DNA from: Fistulifera solaris
Taxonomy: Eukaryota
DNA: 64,000 nucleotides
Assembly (NCBI GenBank): GCA_030295235.1
Contig: AP026136.1
Span: forward strand, 62,001-126,000
Reading direction: 5' to 3'
This document shows positions 38,332 through 50,535 of this stretch, one piece after another. A program made the position numbers and the translations under genes. The notes under the pieces are model-generated. The model did not search any database. It worked only from the letters and a program-made list of their open reading frames with translations, and was not told the origin of the DNA. Numbering within the stretch: position 1 is the first letter of the stretch; each line of letters opens with the position of its first letter.

Positions 38332-39346
38332 GTCATCATGTGTTTCACTGTTTTTTTTTTAGGATCTTTCCTTACCCAGTAGTTTTTTTTATAAGGGCTA
38401 TCGTTCATCGTAAATCGACCTTCCAGCTCACAGCCTACAATCTAACAAGTGTGGCGTGTCCGCATTCCGCATGTAAGCAAGAGTACCTTAGCTAATGAAA
38501 TGACGGTGAGAGGCAAGGGTCAATAGTCAATAGTCAAAAGTCCGAAACCCGAAATAAATAATAATACTGTACAGAACCCTAGTTTGTAACTGGCCAATCG
38601 ATGTTTAATGATGAATGATGACTGGTGACTGGTGACTTTCTTGGGCCTGGGGCCACAGACATGTAGTAGGGGGCATTGGGCATTGTGAGTGTCCAAGGTC
38701 CAAGTTAGTCTTTGTTGTAGTGAAGAGTGGGAACGTAGAAACGGGTCACGTTGCATGTTGCATGTGCTGGGTGTTTTTCGTCTTCTTGTCTTGCGGCGAA
38801 AAGGCGAAGTCGAAAGTAGAAAACAATAAGTAAGGCTGACTGTAGGTTTCTCGCGGTACCAGTAGATGGTGTAGTAGATAGATAGAAGTTAGAAGTTGGA
38901 CTGATTTGGCCTTCCGGCCTTTCGCCCTTCGTCACTCCCCTTTCCCCTTTCAGCTTGCATGAACTATGAGCAAGGAGCCAGGAGCCAGGAGCCAGGAATC
39001 ATGTATTATGAACGACCAAACAACGCTTCTTGTGAAGCGTTTACAAGACATTGTGTCGCTTATCGCTTTGTAATAAATCTGGTAACAGCAAATTAAAAGT
39101 ATTCTTAGACGATAGATAAACGCCTCTCAATCATTTAGGTATTTGTTATCTCTCGTGAAAGACCATCATTTGAGTCTTTGCAAAGCTACTCAAGGGGTAA
39201 AAAGTCGCAGCGGTAACGAATAACGAATTGTGCAGAACAAGAACGAGACAGCAATAAAAATTGTCGTCATGTGTTTCACTGTTTTTTAAAGGAGATCTTT
39301 CCTTACCATTCTCACTTATTTTTTGTCTTCAACAAATCATTAAAGT

Positions 39347-40489
39347 ATGCCATCGGCCTCCAACTCGCAAAAGTTCGACCGGGAACGTCAAATCGCCTAC
39401 TTTTCGACGTGCTTACAACAACTGCCAGCGCCTTACTGCAAACTGGACACCAATCGATTGACCATGGTGCACTTTTGCGTCCACGCATTAGATTTACTCG
39501 GTGTCTGGGATGAAATGGAGAAACAAAACGTCAAGTATTCATCGTTTGTTGAGGCAAACAACATTATCGAATGGATTTTGTCTACACTTATGCATATTGA
39601 CAACAACGATCCGCAGGAGGCCGGCTTCATAGGTGGAACCTTTCTTCCCCCGCATCACAAATATCATCACAGTCACATTGCCATGACTTACACGGCTTTG
39701 TGTATCTTACAAACACTGGGTGTAGACGTTCGCAACGATCCCCGTATACCCCAAACTGCTATCATTCGTACACTGCGACGATTGCAACAACCCGATGGGA
39801 GTTTTGCCTCCACTATCCAAGGAGATGGTGAACACGATCTGCGCTTTTTATACTGTGCCTGCTGTATTTCCTACTTGCTGGACGATTGGAGTGGTATTGA
39901 CATACCTCGAGCGGTTTCGTATGTTCGAAATTGTCGATCGTTCGACGGTGCGTTGGCCTTGGTACCTCACGGCGGAGAAGGACACGGCGGATCGACGTTT
40001 TGTGGTGTCGCCAGTTTAGTCTTGATGAATCAACTGTATGTGATTGGAGAGGATGCGGACTGGAAGGCGAGTTTGCTGCATTGGTGTGTCACACGACAAC
40101 AGAAGCAGGGACTACAAGGTCGTCCCAACAAGGATGAAGATACATGCTATTCGTACTGGATTGGTGCTACTTTGAGACTGTTGGGATACGATGCTGGTAC
40201 CGGTAACGAAGACGATGTGCTATGCTTTTTGGATCATGCCGAGCTGCGGTCCTTTGTTTTGTCGTGTCAGCATCCTGTGTTGGGAGGATTCTCTAAAGTA
40301 CGAAATACGTATCCGGATGTCCTGCATTCGTATTACAGTCTGGCGTATTTGAGTTTATCACAAAAGTATCGCCAAGATACACAAATGAAAAAGGATTTAG
40401 AGGGCGTGTCTTTGAAAGCATTGAATTGTACTATGGGAATCGGGCAAGCAAGTATTCTGGCAGAAGAGGGATTCCGGCCTCTCTTATGA
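39347..40489 (+). CDS. PGGT1B: Geranylgeranyl transferase type I beta subunit
   Basis: LDTNRLT, HIAMTYTAL, LQQPDGSF, EHDLRFLYCA, EGHGGSTFC, QGRPNKDEDTCYSYWIGA, PDVLHSY. Confidence 0.9.
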   Translation: MPSASNSQKFDRERQIAYFSTCLQQLPAPYCKLDTNRLTMVHFCVHALDLLGVWDEMEKQNVKYSSFVEANNIIEWILSTLMHIDNNDPQEAGFIGGTFLPPHHKYHHSHIAMTYTALCILQTLGVDVRNDPRIPQTAIIRTLRRLQQPDGSFASTIQGDGEHDLRFLYCACCISYLLDDWSGIDIPRAVSYVRNCRSFDGALALVPHGGEGHGGSTFCGVASLVLMNQLYVIGEDADWKASLLHWCVTRQQKQGLQGRPNKDEDTCYSYWIGATLRLLGYDAGTGNEDDVLCFLDHAELRSFVLSCQHPVLGGFSKVRNTYPDVLHSYYSLAYLSLSQKYRQDTQMKKDLEGVSLKALNCTMGIGQASILAEEGFRPLL

Positions 40490-40533
40490 TAGCAAGCTTA
40501 TTGCTTTGATATTTAATGTTGATTACAATTAAC

Positions 40534-41693
40534 CTACATTCCTTTAGGTGTATCGACAATTTCGTTCTTCTTACAAAGAAGGCTGCCGCCCCATTTTATT
40601 GCAAAACTAGAATGATCTCGCAAACATTCCCATTGCTCGCGTGTTGTAAATATGCTAGTCGCTGTCCATGTTTCCTCAATCCTCGAATACTCTTCCAACA
40701 GACCATGCTGTTGCCAATGCTGTATATAGTGTCGCAGAAACAGTTCTTGCTCTTGACAAACATGTCCGTCGTGGAACATCATCGATGCCGCATCGAATTG
40801 TTGGCCGTTGAGCGGAATCGGATGCATCGCCATTTCTTCCTGTGACGGAATGATCTTTTCCATGGAATCATCCATTAACAAAGTATTGTGGCAATTCCAC
40901 AAGGGATATTGATTCCAGACCTTTTGTAAATCTTTTTTAAACAAAGGACTCGTGTTATTGTTCATTGACAAGTCATCGTGTGTGGCAAGACATTGATCTT
41001 GTCCCCACACAAACAAGAAGGTCGTTACAGGAATTTGTAGCTGTTCTAGTAGAGCATGTACGGTTTTTTCGTTTCGCCGATGTCCACAAGGCCAAACACA
41101 AATTGGAAAATTGCAAGTGTTGCAAAAAAAGCGTGCAAGTGGGGACGGGCAATTACCGGTGTTTGCGCGACATGGGCATCGATCGGTCGGTATTCGATAA
41201 TCGTATTTGCAGTCTCATGATCTTTCCTTTCCTTTGACTTTCGTATCCGATGACATAATATTCCATTCAAGTCGAGTATTAATAGCGGCTTGATGTGAAT
41301 GTGACAATTTTGATGACTATCGGAAGGAGAAGAAGACGTTGTCGTGACGACACGGATGACATTCTCGTTCTCTTTGGGTGATTGTAGAATAGTTGCTCCC
41401 AAAGGACATTGCTGGGCACATTGAATGAATCGGTTAATACTTGGACGCGCTTTCGCTTCTTGAAGGGCTGCAGCGCGCTTTTCAGAACGGCTCCATCGTT
41501 GCTTCTTCTTTTTTATGGTGGCGGACGTCGTTTCATTCGGTGAAGCGCTAATGCTACATATTACACTCGAAGATGACGAAGACATGGGAAAGAAGATCGT
41601 TCGCTGAGACTGTTTCTTTCTACACAAGCTTGTTCGAAGGCAATACATTTCGGGTACCCAGGGGTATTTAATGGCGTTGGCGGCCATTGTCAT
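40534..41693 (-). CDS. NIF/FCP1-family HAD phosphatase-like protein; frameshifts at about 41050-41130
   Basis: LLILDLNGILCHR, RPHL, WTSA (alternate frame), WGQDQC, FKKDLQKVW, NTLLMDDS. Confidence 0.78.
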
Positions 41694-42188
41694 CTCGAGT
41701 CGCGTGTCGCGTCGTGACGCAAACAGAACTCAAAGATTTCCGGCGACGACGACTCCTCCTCCTCTATCAACCAAGTTTCAGTCCCGGTAAATCTGAGCGG
41801 CTACGGCATGCATTGTTGCGCAGCTTTATTCTTTGTTCGCTACTTCTAGAACAGTATATGATAGTAGGAAAAAGCATCCACCTTTCTCAATGCTGTTGTT
41901 TTGCAAGATAATGTTGGAACAAATGCAAAGCTCTAGTTTATTCTTGGGGAGGAAGTCACTGGGACCAGTCGCTGAGGCCGACTGAAATCGATTTCGATCT
42001 CCACACCTATATTTGTAACTTAATTTTACTCCGTAGCCAACATCGAACTATGAGCAAAACATAGTTTATGCTTCACCTCTAGAACTGTAAGAGAGGAGGC
42101 TGCGTGTTGCGTACCTGGTACCAGGTAGTCATCAAAAATAATGCAGCAACCACGCCTTCGGAAATAAGGCAAAAATATCCTAAAGGAA

Positions 42189-42291
42189 GGTCCACTCCGG
42201 GAATCGAACGGGACCTCATCCAAGACTGAAACAGATGCAAATTGCAGGCTGTATTCCCTAAAGATGAATCATACCACTAGACCAAGTGGAC
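42189..42291 (-). tRNA. tRNA-Pro(AGG) with 33-nt intron (42223-42255); T-stem lacks 2 G
   Basis: Acceptor stem GTCCACT/AGTGGAC, A-box TGGTCTAGTGG, anticodon stem CATCT/GGATG with loop TT-AGG-G, B-box GTTCGATTC, downstream T-run. Confidence 0.8.
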
Positions 42292-42482
42292 ACTTGATAC
42301 TCAACACGCTGTAATTACAATACATTTACTGATACAAATTAAGACGTTTTTGTTTGCGAGGAAGGCGATGGGTGCTTTCAATACTGGTACTGTCATTAAT
42401 CAAAGCTGCTCTTTGTTTATCCTCGCTATACCCCATCGAATAGCGACAGTGCACGCCTTCGTGTCGCTTTAAAAAATGCAAC

Positions 42483-43576
42483 ATGCGCTCGACAACAGCA
42501 GCAACTACCATTTTCGGATTACCACTCCTCTTGTCCTGCGTGGCCGGAGGATCGACTTGCTTGGGAGCGGCCGTCGTCTTTGGCTGCCAAACCGTGTCAT
42601 CATCTCAATTAGCTTTTGCTTTGAGTTTAGCGGGGAGTGTCATGATGACAGTGTCCTTCTATTCGATATTACCCGAATGTTTTCGTGTCGAAACAGATGA
42701 AGAAGATGAAGAGTCATCCATGTCTTCTCAATATTTGAGTATCAATAGCTTTTTATTCTGGCAACGGTGCTTTGGTTTGGCTTTTGGGGGCTTTTTTCGT
42801 ACTTTTGTTTGGCCAGATGCGCTTTTCCCGAACCCAACGAGATCATGTTCAGGTCCGAACACGACGAATGTGGTGAAAATGAATTGGAGCTATTCAACAA
42901 CAATCAACAAGAGCAAGATATAAAAGTACGGCGATCTTTATCGCAGGAAGAAGAATTTCTCCTTTCCACGAAAGTCACAGCTCGAACGCCTCAACAACGT
43001 CTGACCTTCTCTTTACAACGGCGGTCTTCATCTTTGGAAGACACTATTTCTTACAATAAACAATCAAAACCAACATCCTTTTGGCATGGCACTGATTTGA
43101 ACAACGCGCACGCCCAGCGTGCTTGGAGAGTCGCGCTCTTGTTGTTTCTGTCCTTGCTGGTACACAACTTCCCCGAAGGCTTGGCGGTAGCGGCTTCCAC
43201 TCTGCATTCGCCCCAATTGGGGATCACCACCACCATTGCGATTGCCTTGCACAATATTCCAGAAGGGATTGCGGTAGCTGTCACATGTTTGGCGGCCCGT
43301 CCGAATGCACCGTGGATGGCCTTTGTCTTAGCGAGTGCGTCCGGATTGGCGGAACCGGCAGGTGCTGTGGTGGCATTGTGGTGGTTACCGCTCCACACGG
43401 AATGGATGAAGAATATCTTAGCTTATGTAGCAGGTATTATGATCATGGTAGCTTTGCGCGAATTATATCCCGAAGCCTGGAAAAATGTAAGGCATCAAAC
43501 GAGCAAAGCACCACTCATCTGGGGGTCTGTTGTTGGTGTATTCATCATGTTGGGGTCGGAGGCTGTTTTAGAATAG
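42483..43576 (+). CDS. ZIP (ZupT/GufA) metal transporter; frameshift near 42790
   Basis: LSLAGSVM, HNFPEGLAV, IALHNIPEGIAVA, SGLAEPAGA, ELYPEA. Confidence 0.9.
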
Positions 43577-43598
43577 CCGCAACTGCTAATGTTTTTAA

Positions 43599-45526
43599 TT
43601 ATTGTAATTCTTTGATCATTTCCTTTTGATGATACTTGCTGTAGACATGCGTGCCGATGTATATATCCCATAACGACCTCCACAGCCATTTGGAAAGATT
43701 CTTGCTCGCCTCACTGTTCCGTTGATGGCCACCACCCTTTTCTTCCCAGCGTCCCAGACAAAAGGCTGCATCACTCAACAACTGTAAAATCACATATTCG
43801 ATCAACAGCTCACGTATGCTGTCATTATTATCAAACAATTCCGATATGAGACGATCCAGCACAGTTTCAAAGACATGGTCCAGGTACGGAACTAACGTTT
43901 GAGTTTCTTCGGTCAAAATCAACTTTTCATCATGAATAAGAAATCGCAACACCCACGAGCCGGTTGTCAAATCTTCTTCCATGCCAGCCGTGTGGAAGAA
44001 ACTCATCAAGAATTTTGTAAGAAAGGCAGGTTGCGGCATGGACTTCGCTAGACCTAAATCAAACAATTCCAATCCACGATCTTGGGAATAAAACGTATTG
44101 TGCAACCCGGCATCGGTCAAACCACATGTCCAAATGCATTCGGTAGCAGGACCAGATTGAAACGAGAGAGCGTGTTCCAATATTGATAACCAGCAGCCAT
44201 CTAATCGATCTAGGCAACAACTCGTATGTGGATTCTGAAAATCAGTCATTCCAAAGACATCTGAAAGGAGCGTCCCGCGCAACAAGAGTTGACCCAGAAA
44301 TTGTGCCGGCATGATCTCATCGTCCATCAATGTTAGCGCCTGCGGATCTTGAAATTTTGCTCCAAAGTCTCGCATTTGGGCAAAACGACCTTTGGTCGGA
44401 TGAAAATTTTACGAATCGCTGACCCTACCATCAAATCCGCCATTTTGGATACTTTGGTGACATCTGGATTCAGTTTCAAAGCTTCAATCTCTGCTCGCAC
44501 TTGTTCCATGCTATTCCGTTCTTCTGGTAATGTAATTTCGTACAAATCGCGCATCACCGTCACAAATTCATCAATCAGCCCTTGCAACACATCACCTTGC
44601 AGTTGTCGTGATAACAACAACGCCGCACTGTTTTGGGGAAATGGTCCGCCAATCGTTCTTTGTGCCAACGTTACTTTCCAATGTTCCTCTTCTTGCAATT
44701 CGGCTAGTTGCTGTTCCAATTGACTCAAAAAGGCGTGACCATCTCGAATCGTCGATGCATCGGCCCACAAGTGTTTGGGAATTTCCAAATTGACGGTTTG
44801 CAATCCAACACTCAAATCGATCGTCGCATCGGTTGATGATTCCATCGTTTTACGGATCCGTATCCGACGCATCCCTTGTTGTCCGGCCTGTTCTCGTGTG
44901 TGCGGTGTGAGCCGTTGGAGCGAACGCAACGACATGAGAAAGGAGGTGCGTCGTCCTCCCACCGGTTCGTCATTTTTGCGTCGGTCTGTCAGTTGCTTGG
45001 TACTACTACCAAAATAATGCGGCCCGTGAGCCCAAAAGTTGCCCCGTAACGAAGTCCACAATTCGTGCGCCCGATCGCGTAAGTGATACGGACTGATGTA
45101 GACCAAGGTAAATGCCGGAATGCGGTTTTGCATGTTCTGTGCCGCATTCGAAGGCGACGACAACGAGATCAACCGCAAATGCCGCTTGCACAGTTCTTGT
45201 TGTATTTTGGTTAACGAAAGAACTTCGTGAGTATCTTTGGCATTTGCGTGTTTCATGACAAGCGATCCCCATTGCGATGTATAGCCGTGAAAGACGGCCG
45301 TCCCGCTTCCTCCGCCGTGTAACAATCGAACATCTTTTAAAGCAGCAGGAGCATAACAATTCGAGTGAATGGAAGTATAGTGATGATCGGGGACGGCTTC
45401 AATCGTCACAGTGCCGTTGGTAGGATGATATTGCATCACTAAACCGTATCCGGCCGGAACTTCAAACGTGTCACCGTATTCGGCTTGAAAGTCTTGTAAC
45501 GACAGTGCGCGTGATTGAGGAGCCAT
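43599..45526 (-). CDS. Hypothetical protein with atypical protein-kinase-like motifs; frameshift near 44405
   Basis: LHGGGSGTAVF, LVMK, LTDAGLHN and LFDLG occur in kinase order. Confidence 0.6.
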
Positions 45527-46288
45527 TGTAACGTGAGTAAGTGCGTGTGTGTGTATGTAATAGACGTAAAAGTATTGTCGTTTGAATGAATGCCAAGATG
45601 TTTATTATTTGAAGGAAGAAATTCGATCGTTTATTACTACTAGTACCAGGTATGCTGTGTCTCGAGAAAAAATTCATTCCTTCTATCGCGCCGCTTACTT
45701 TTGAGGCGAGACTACAAAAAATAGTAGCCGTCACCCCCACACGGTCAATTTTCAAAAAAAAGGGAACGGCGTTAAAAATCTGCCTCATCGTAGACGCTAC
45801 GTAAAATGTAGTACTGGGAGGCAGAATTTTAACGTCCGTCCCAGGAGTCGTCCGCTCGTTCGCTCGCGATGCGAACCGAAGCCTTTCCGAGATTCAACCG
45901 TCCGCTCATCCATCCGTAGTAGTCATGAGTCAAAACGGGACACAACCGACGTAGCACTGCGATCTTTGCAACCTCAACGAAGCGCGCAGCGTTGTTTTTT
46001 TCCCATGGCGGTGTTTGTGCCCACGTAGCATGACAGATATTACTATCCTTGGAAAAGGTAGGTCAAATGACGACTTGCTATCGTATCCATTGATCATTGT
46101 GTTTGATGTAGCAGTGTTTAGGAAATAAATCAAATATTTTTGGGTGCTGCGCCGACGGGGACGGGCAGCAGTCTCGTTTCGAGTGACAAAAGATATCCCG
46201 TTTTCGAGAGCTTTATCACTCGGTAAACGACATTATTCAATTCCGCCCCTCTCTCATCCTGCCTTTTTTACCTGCAGCTTGTTTGAAA

Positions 46289-46693
46289 ATGTCTAAACTT
46301 AGTTTCGTAATTGCATCCTTGGTTGTGGCCATGAGCCAGGCCTTTGTTCCGGCCTCGCAAGTCCGTACTCCGGCTGCCGCGTTCGTCAACAACAACTCTC
46401 CCTTGGTCATGAACATGGCCGAAGACATGTACTGGGAAGGCGAATACCCTCCTTCTAAGGTCTTGGGACCTATCATGTCCAAGATGCCGTCCGGAGTTTT
46501 GGGTGTCCTCTCCTTGTTCTTTTTGGGAGCTTGCGCGTACTCGGTAGGACAGAGCAGTGTGTTGGTGCAGGAGCCGGGAGCCTTTGAAAATGGCACCTGG
46601 GTCAAATGGTACTACGTCTTGGGCAGCTTCGGTGGACCTTTGGCGTGGGGCACGCACGTTGCCTCGTGGATTCAGCGCAAGAATGGCATGTAA
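46289..46693 (+). CDS. Nucleus-encoded thylakoid protein, probably photosystem I subunit PsaR/Psa28
   Basis: Bipartite presequence SQA-FVP. Mature part WEGEYPPSKVLGP...WGTHVASWIQRKNG resembles red-lineage PsaR as I recall it; not verified. Confidence 0.6.
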   Translation: MSKLSFVIASLVVAMSQAFVPASQVRTPAAAFVNNNSPLVMNMAEDMYWEGEYPPSKVLGPIMSKMPSGVLGVLSLFFLGACAYSVGQSSVLVQEPGAFENGTWVKWYYVLGSFGGPLAWGTHVASWIQRKNGM

Positions 46694-46964
46694 ACACAGC
46701 GCCATTCTAGTCTATCTAACGTACTAATGAATATTGTAGCACTGCGCTGAAGACTACAGTCTTTGTCGTTTTGTTCTGCTAGTCTCAAATATTCAAAGCC
46801 CTTTCTCATTGATTAGAATGGATACTTGGAACAATGTTGTCAAGCGTTACTGTGTATTTTGTGATGCTGTAGGAATGAAGTTGGTCATGTGTTCGTGCTC
46901 CATGCTAAGGTTATGAATTTTACAGCTGCTAGATTATGATCTACTTTCTAGATCGAATAAGTTT

Positions 46965-48183
46965 TTAGCGTTTGCTGGCTCGAAGAAGACTTTTTCCTCT
47001 GCTCTGCAACATGGTTTCTTTCTCAACATCGCTCATCACGTGAACGGTCTTGATTCCAACGCGCTCTTTGAACCTAAAAGATGGTAAAATGAAAAAATAA
47101 TTGAGTGTGACAATTGATGTGCTACTCTTCAAGGAGAAGTAGAGAGAATCTTACCATACTCCGTTCAAAGTTGGATAGGCCTCTAGTCGTTGAATGGTGT
47201 CTATGCCCCAAATGATGCGACCGAAACATGGATCCCCCCTGTGCAGCTCGGTATTATCCGCCGTATTAATATAGAAACTCGGGCTACCGTCCGCAGCGAA
47301 CGCTATTGTGTATGGCTGGTGTGGGTGTTCGGGACTGTATTCTTTGAATGTCACGGTTTCGAGATTGGCGTCCGAAAATTGCCGTGCCTTGTCCTTGGCG
47401 GACGTCCGATCGTAGGGTAGAGGAGCTGCTTTGATGACTTGCAAAGCATTCAAAATGAAAGAACAATTATCCCACAAATGATCCGCTACCATGGCCAAGA
47501 AGGTTTGAATGGAATGCGGCATCAGTTCGGTAGGTGCCAGCTCCACCACAAACTTTTCAGGTCCGGGTCGACCATCTGGGAATATCAACTCAAACATGAC
47601 ATGAATCGGCTCTTTTCCGTATATTCGTCTCACTTCTTCGACGCTGTCTTTTTGTACACGCTGCTTGAGTGTCAGTGCTTTCGAAGTATGTTTATCGACA
47701 CGCTGCTGCAACTTTTTCATTTCCGTCAAAGCGCGCAAATTGGCTACTTTCATTTGTTGTTGAGGATCCATTCCAGTAGTCGCTTGAAGCATTCTATCGA
47801 CGGCATCTAATTCTCGCTTCAATTTATTCAATTCTGATTCTGCTTTCCCCATAAGTTCTTCTAGCGTTTGTCGATTGTTTTGCATATAGACGACTTGTTG
47901 GGATGTGTAACTCACGGCCGTTCGCGACAGTTGTATCACAAATAAGGCTGATGCTACGCAACCGACAAAGAACCACGATATTCGAGATTTCCGTATCGCC
48001 TCCTTTTTATTGATGGGTTGCGATTTATATTGATGAATGCCAGAGAGCGCTACTCGATCGCCCCTTGATGAAAATGAATCATCAAGAGAACTGGAACTGA
48101 GCTGGAGATTGGAGCTTGGCTTACATGTTAATTTTAACAGCCGAGGGCTGAGCTCCAAGTCGTCTTTCGACGCATCGTTCATG
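46965..48183 (-). CDS. Type II membrane protein, coiled coil plus cyclophilin-like domain (paralog 1); intron 47074-47154
   Basis: TM segment, coiled coil, FVVELAP..MPHSI.TFL, FYINTADN..H.GDPCFG. Splicing restores W-FKERVGIK. Confidence 0.78.
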
Positions 48184-49028
48184 ATTGAATTCAGATGGTT
48201 TGTAATGGTTTGTAATGGTTTGTAGCCATAACAAGCAAACAGCTGCGAATAAAAAGGCAACCATCGGGGAAAATGCATGTGGCAAGAAAAGTGCCGCCCG
48301 AAAGCTCCTCTCGACAGTAACGTTTTGAGTACTCCAAAGACCTGGGAACGAAAACGCGATGTCCATCAGTCAGGCGGGAAAAAGCTTCTGCTAGCCATAT
48401 CAAAGCATATCCTCCCGTGTCTTCAACACAGCGAACGTTTATTCAGCGAATACCTTTCTATCATTATCGGATGTAAAAGCTGAGGAAAGAATGACTCATT
48501 CCATTCAAAGCCTACGTTTATTTAGGCTCTGTCGGATATTTATCGATGTAGGGGCAACCCGGATATCGAGTAGGTTGACCACCCTTGTTAACGGGGTAAA
48601 ATTTGCATCGATGTTACTTATACCTTCATTGACATGACTTAGGCGATCCATGGAATGCCATTGGGCAACTATGGAGCGTCAAACGTGAGGAAAGACGACA
48701 AATCCATCGAAGTAGAATTCTACGTGAAATTGGATGTACTAGTAGGCCATGTAAGTCATTTGCTGGGACCCGATAACTGATAAAGAGAGGACGATGCAAA
48801 AGCTTGATGCGTAAGATCATTAGCAATGCTTCTTCTACTCCGAATAATTGCTAATTGGTTAGTAATCTAAGTTTTTGTACATGATTTCGAATATACGTCC
48901 CCGCTCTTGGCTAAATCGTCCCCACCAGACAAGTTATTTCTTGTGTACACAGTGCTTCATCCGTATCTTACTCATGAGGCTCGATAGTTGATGATTTGTC
49001 TCCGGTAACCAAAACGACTGAAAAACAA

Positions 49029-50164
49029 TTAAACACGTGTCTTGAACCGTTTCTTTTGGTCGATAACGACACTTGAATTGTCGAGGAGTGTTGCCGATTT
49101 GATTCCCACACGTTGCGTGAACCAAACCCCGTTGCGAGTGGGAGAAGACTCCAGACGCTGAATGGTATCAAAACCCTGAATAACTGTTCCGAAGCATGGA
49201 TCTCCTTCGTGGGCCAACGTATTATCGGCCGTATTGAGAAAAAAGTTGGGACTACCGTCGGCCGTGAAACCCATTGTGTACTTCTGATGCGGGAACTGCG
49301 GATTGTATTCTTTAAAAGCTAGCTGATCGAGACCCAAGTCGGCAAACGATTGCGCTTTCACTTTGGCGGAACTGCCATCGTAGGGTATCGGAGAAGCTTT
49401 GATGACATTCAAGGCACTCATAATGAACGAACATCCATCAATAAGCTTGTTTGATACCATATCGAGAAAGGCTTCGACCGCATGGGGCATCAGTTCACTA
49501 GGAGCGAGTTCTAATACGAACCTAGTGGGTCCTTTTTGCCATCGGCAAACACTAGTTCGAATTCCACCCGATGTACTCCTGTTCCGTACTTTTGGTGAAT
49601 TCCGGCGAGACTGGAAGCTTGAATTTTCTTCCGCAATCCGTTTGCTTGTTTTTCAAATTGATCTACTCGGTCTTGAGCTTTCATCATCTGATGCATGGCA
49701 CGAATGTTCGAGACCTTCATGATTTCGTTCCTGTGCTCCGGATTCTGCGCCGTTTCGGACATCATGCCGATCGCATTGATTTGCCGCTTGAGGCGATCCA
49801 GCTCACCTTCCACACTGACAGACTTTTCATAGAGCATATTCCGGGTGTGTTCCATGGCTAAAACTTGTTCACGGGTATTTCCTACCACTTGTCGGGAAAT
49901 AAAACCAAAGGCGCATCCTATTATCAGGCACGTCGCAAATACCCATGACACTCGCGGAGCGGTTTTACGTCGGTAAGGATTATTGCAGTTTTCGGATGAC
50001 GATGAAGAAATCGATATTGGGACGAACGGGAGAAGGGCTTCCACATTGGGGGATTGTGGATTTGCCATGAAACGAATTTGAGCTGGACCAGTTCGCGTCG
50101 ATGCTTCCTCGCAGTCATGTAAATGCGAATGCAACTCGAAGGAATCGCTGTCATCGTCGCTCAT
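49029..50164 (-). CDS. Cyclophilin-like membrane protein (paralog 2); frameshift near 49535
   Basis: ORFs 49511..50245 and 49029..49490 together align end to end with the neighbouring paralogs. Confidence 0.78.
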
Positions 50165-50535
50165 TGTGAATGCTTCTTCAAGAACTGATGTGCGGCAGGC
50201 AATTGATACACATTTCGAAGATGACTTGTACCTGTAATCGTTCAAAGAAATAGTAGCAACAAAGCTTTTTTCGTTTTGCTTTCATTATTCGTTTTGATGC
50301 ATTATTTGATGCCGCATGCACGCGTTGCGTTAATGGTCTTAGTCATAAAAGGTTTTTACTATACGCCGAAGTGTACGCTGAATGACCCTTTAGCTTTTAC
50401 GGACGCTGACTAGCGACTAAGGCCAGAATCATGACTTGCAATCTTTTAAAACCATTTCCTAATTATAGATTGTTGCTTGACTTCTAACATACAGCCTATG
50501 TACAAAAACATGCGCGCAAACCATGAATAGGGTGC

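Noticed and set aside
42255..42266. Suppressor tRNA reading (TTA anticodon)
   Set aside because: The CATCT/GGATG stem places AGG at positions 34-36, and the D-arm and variable region match tRNA-Pro.
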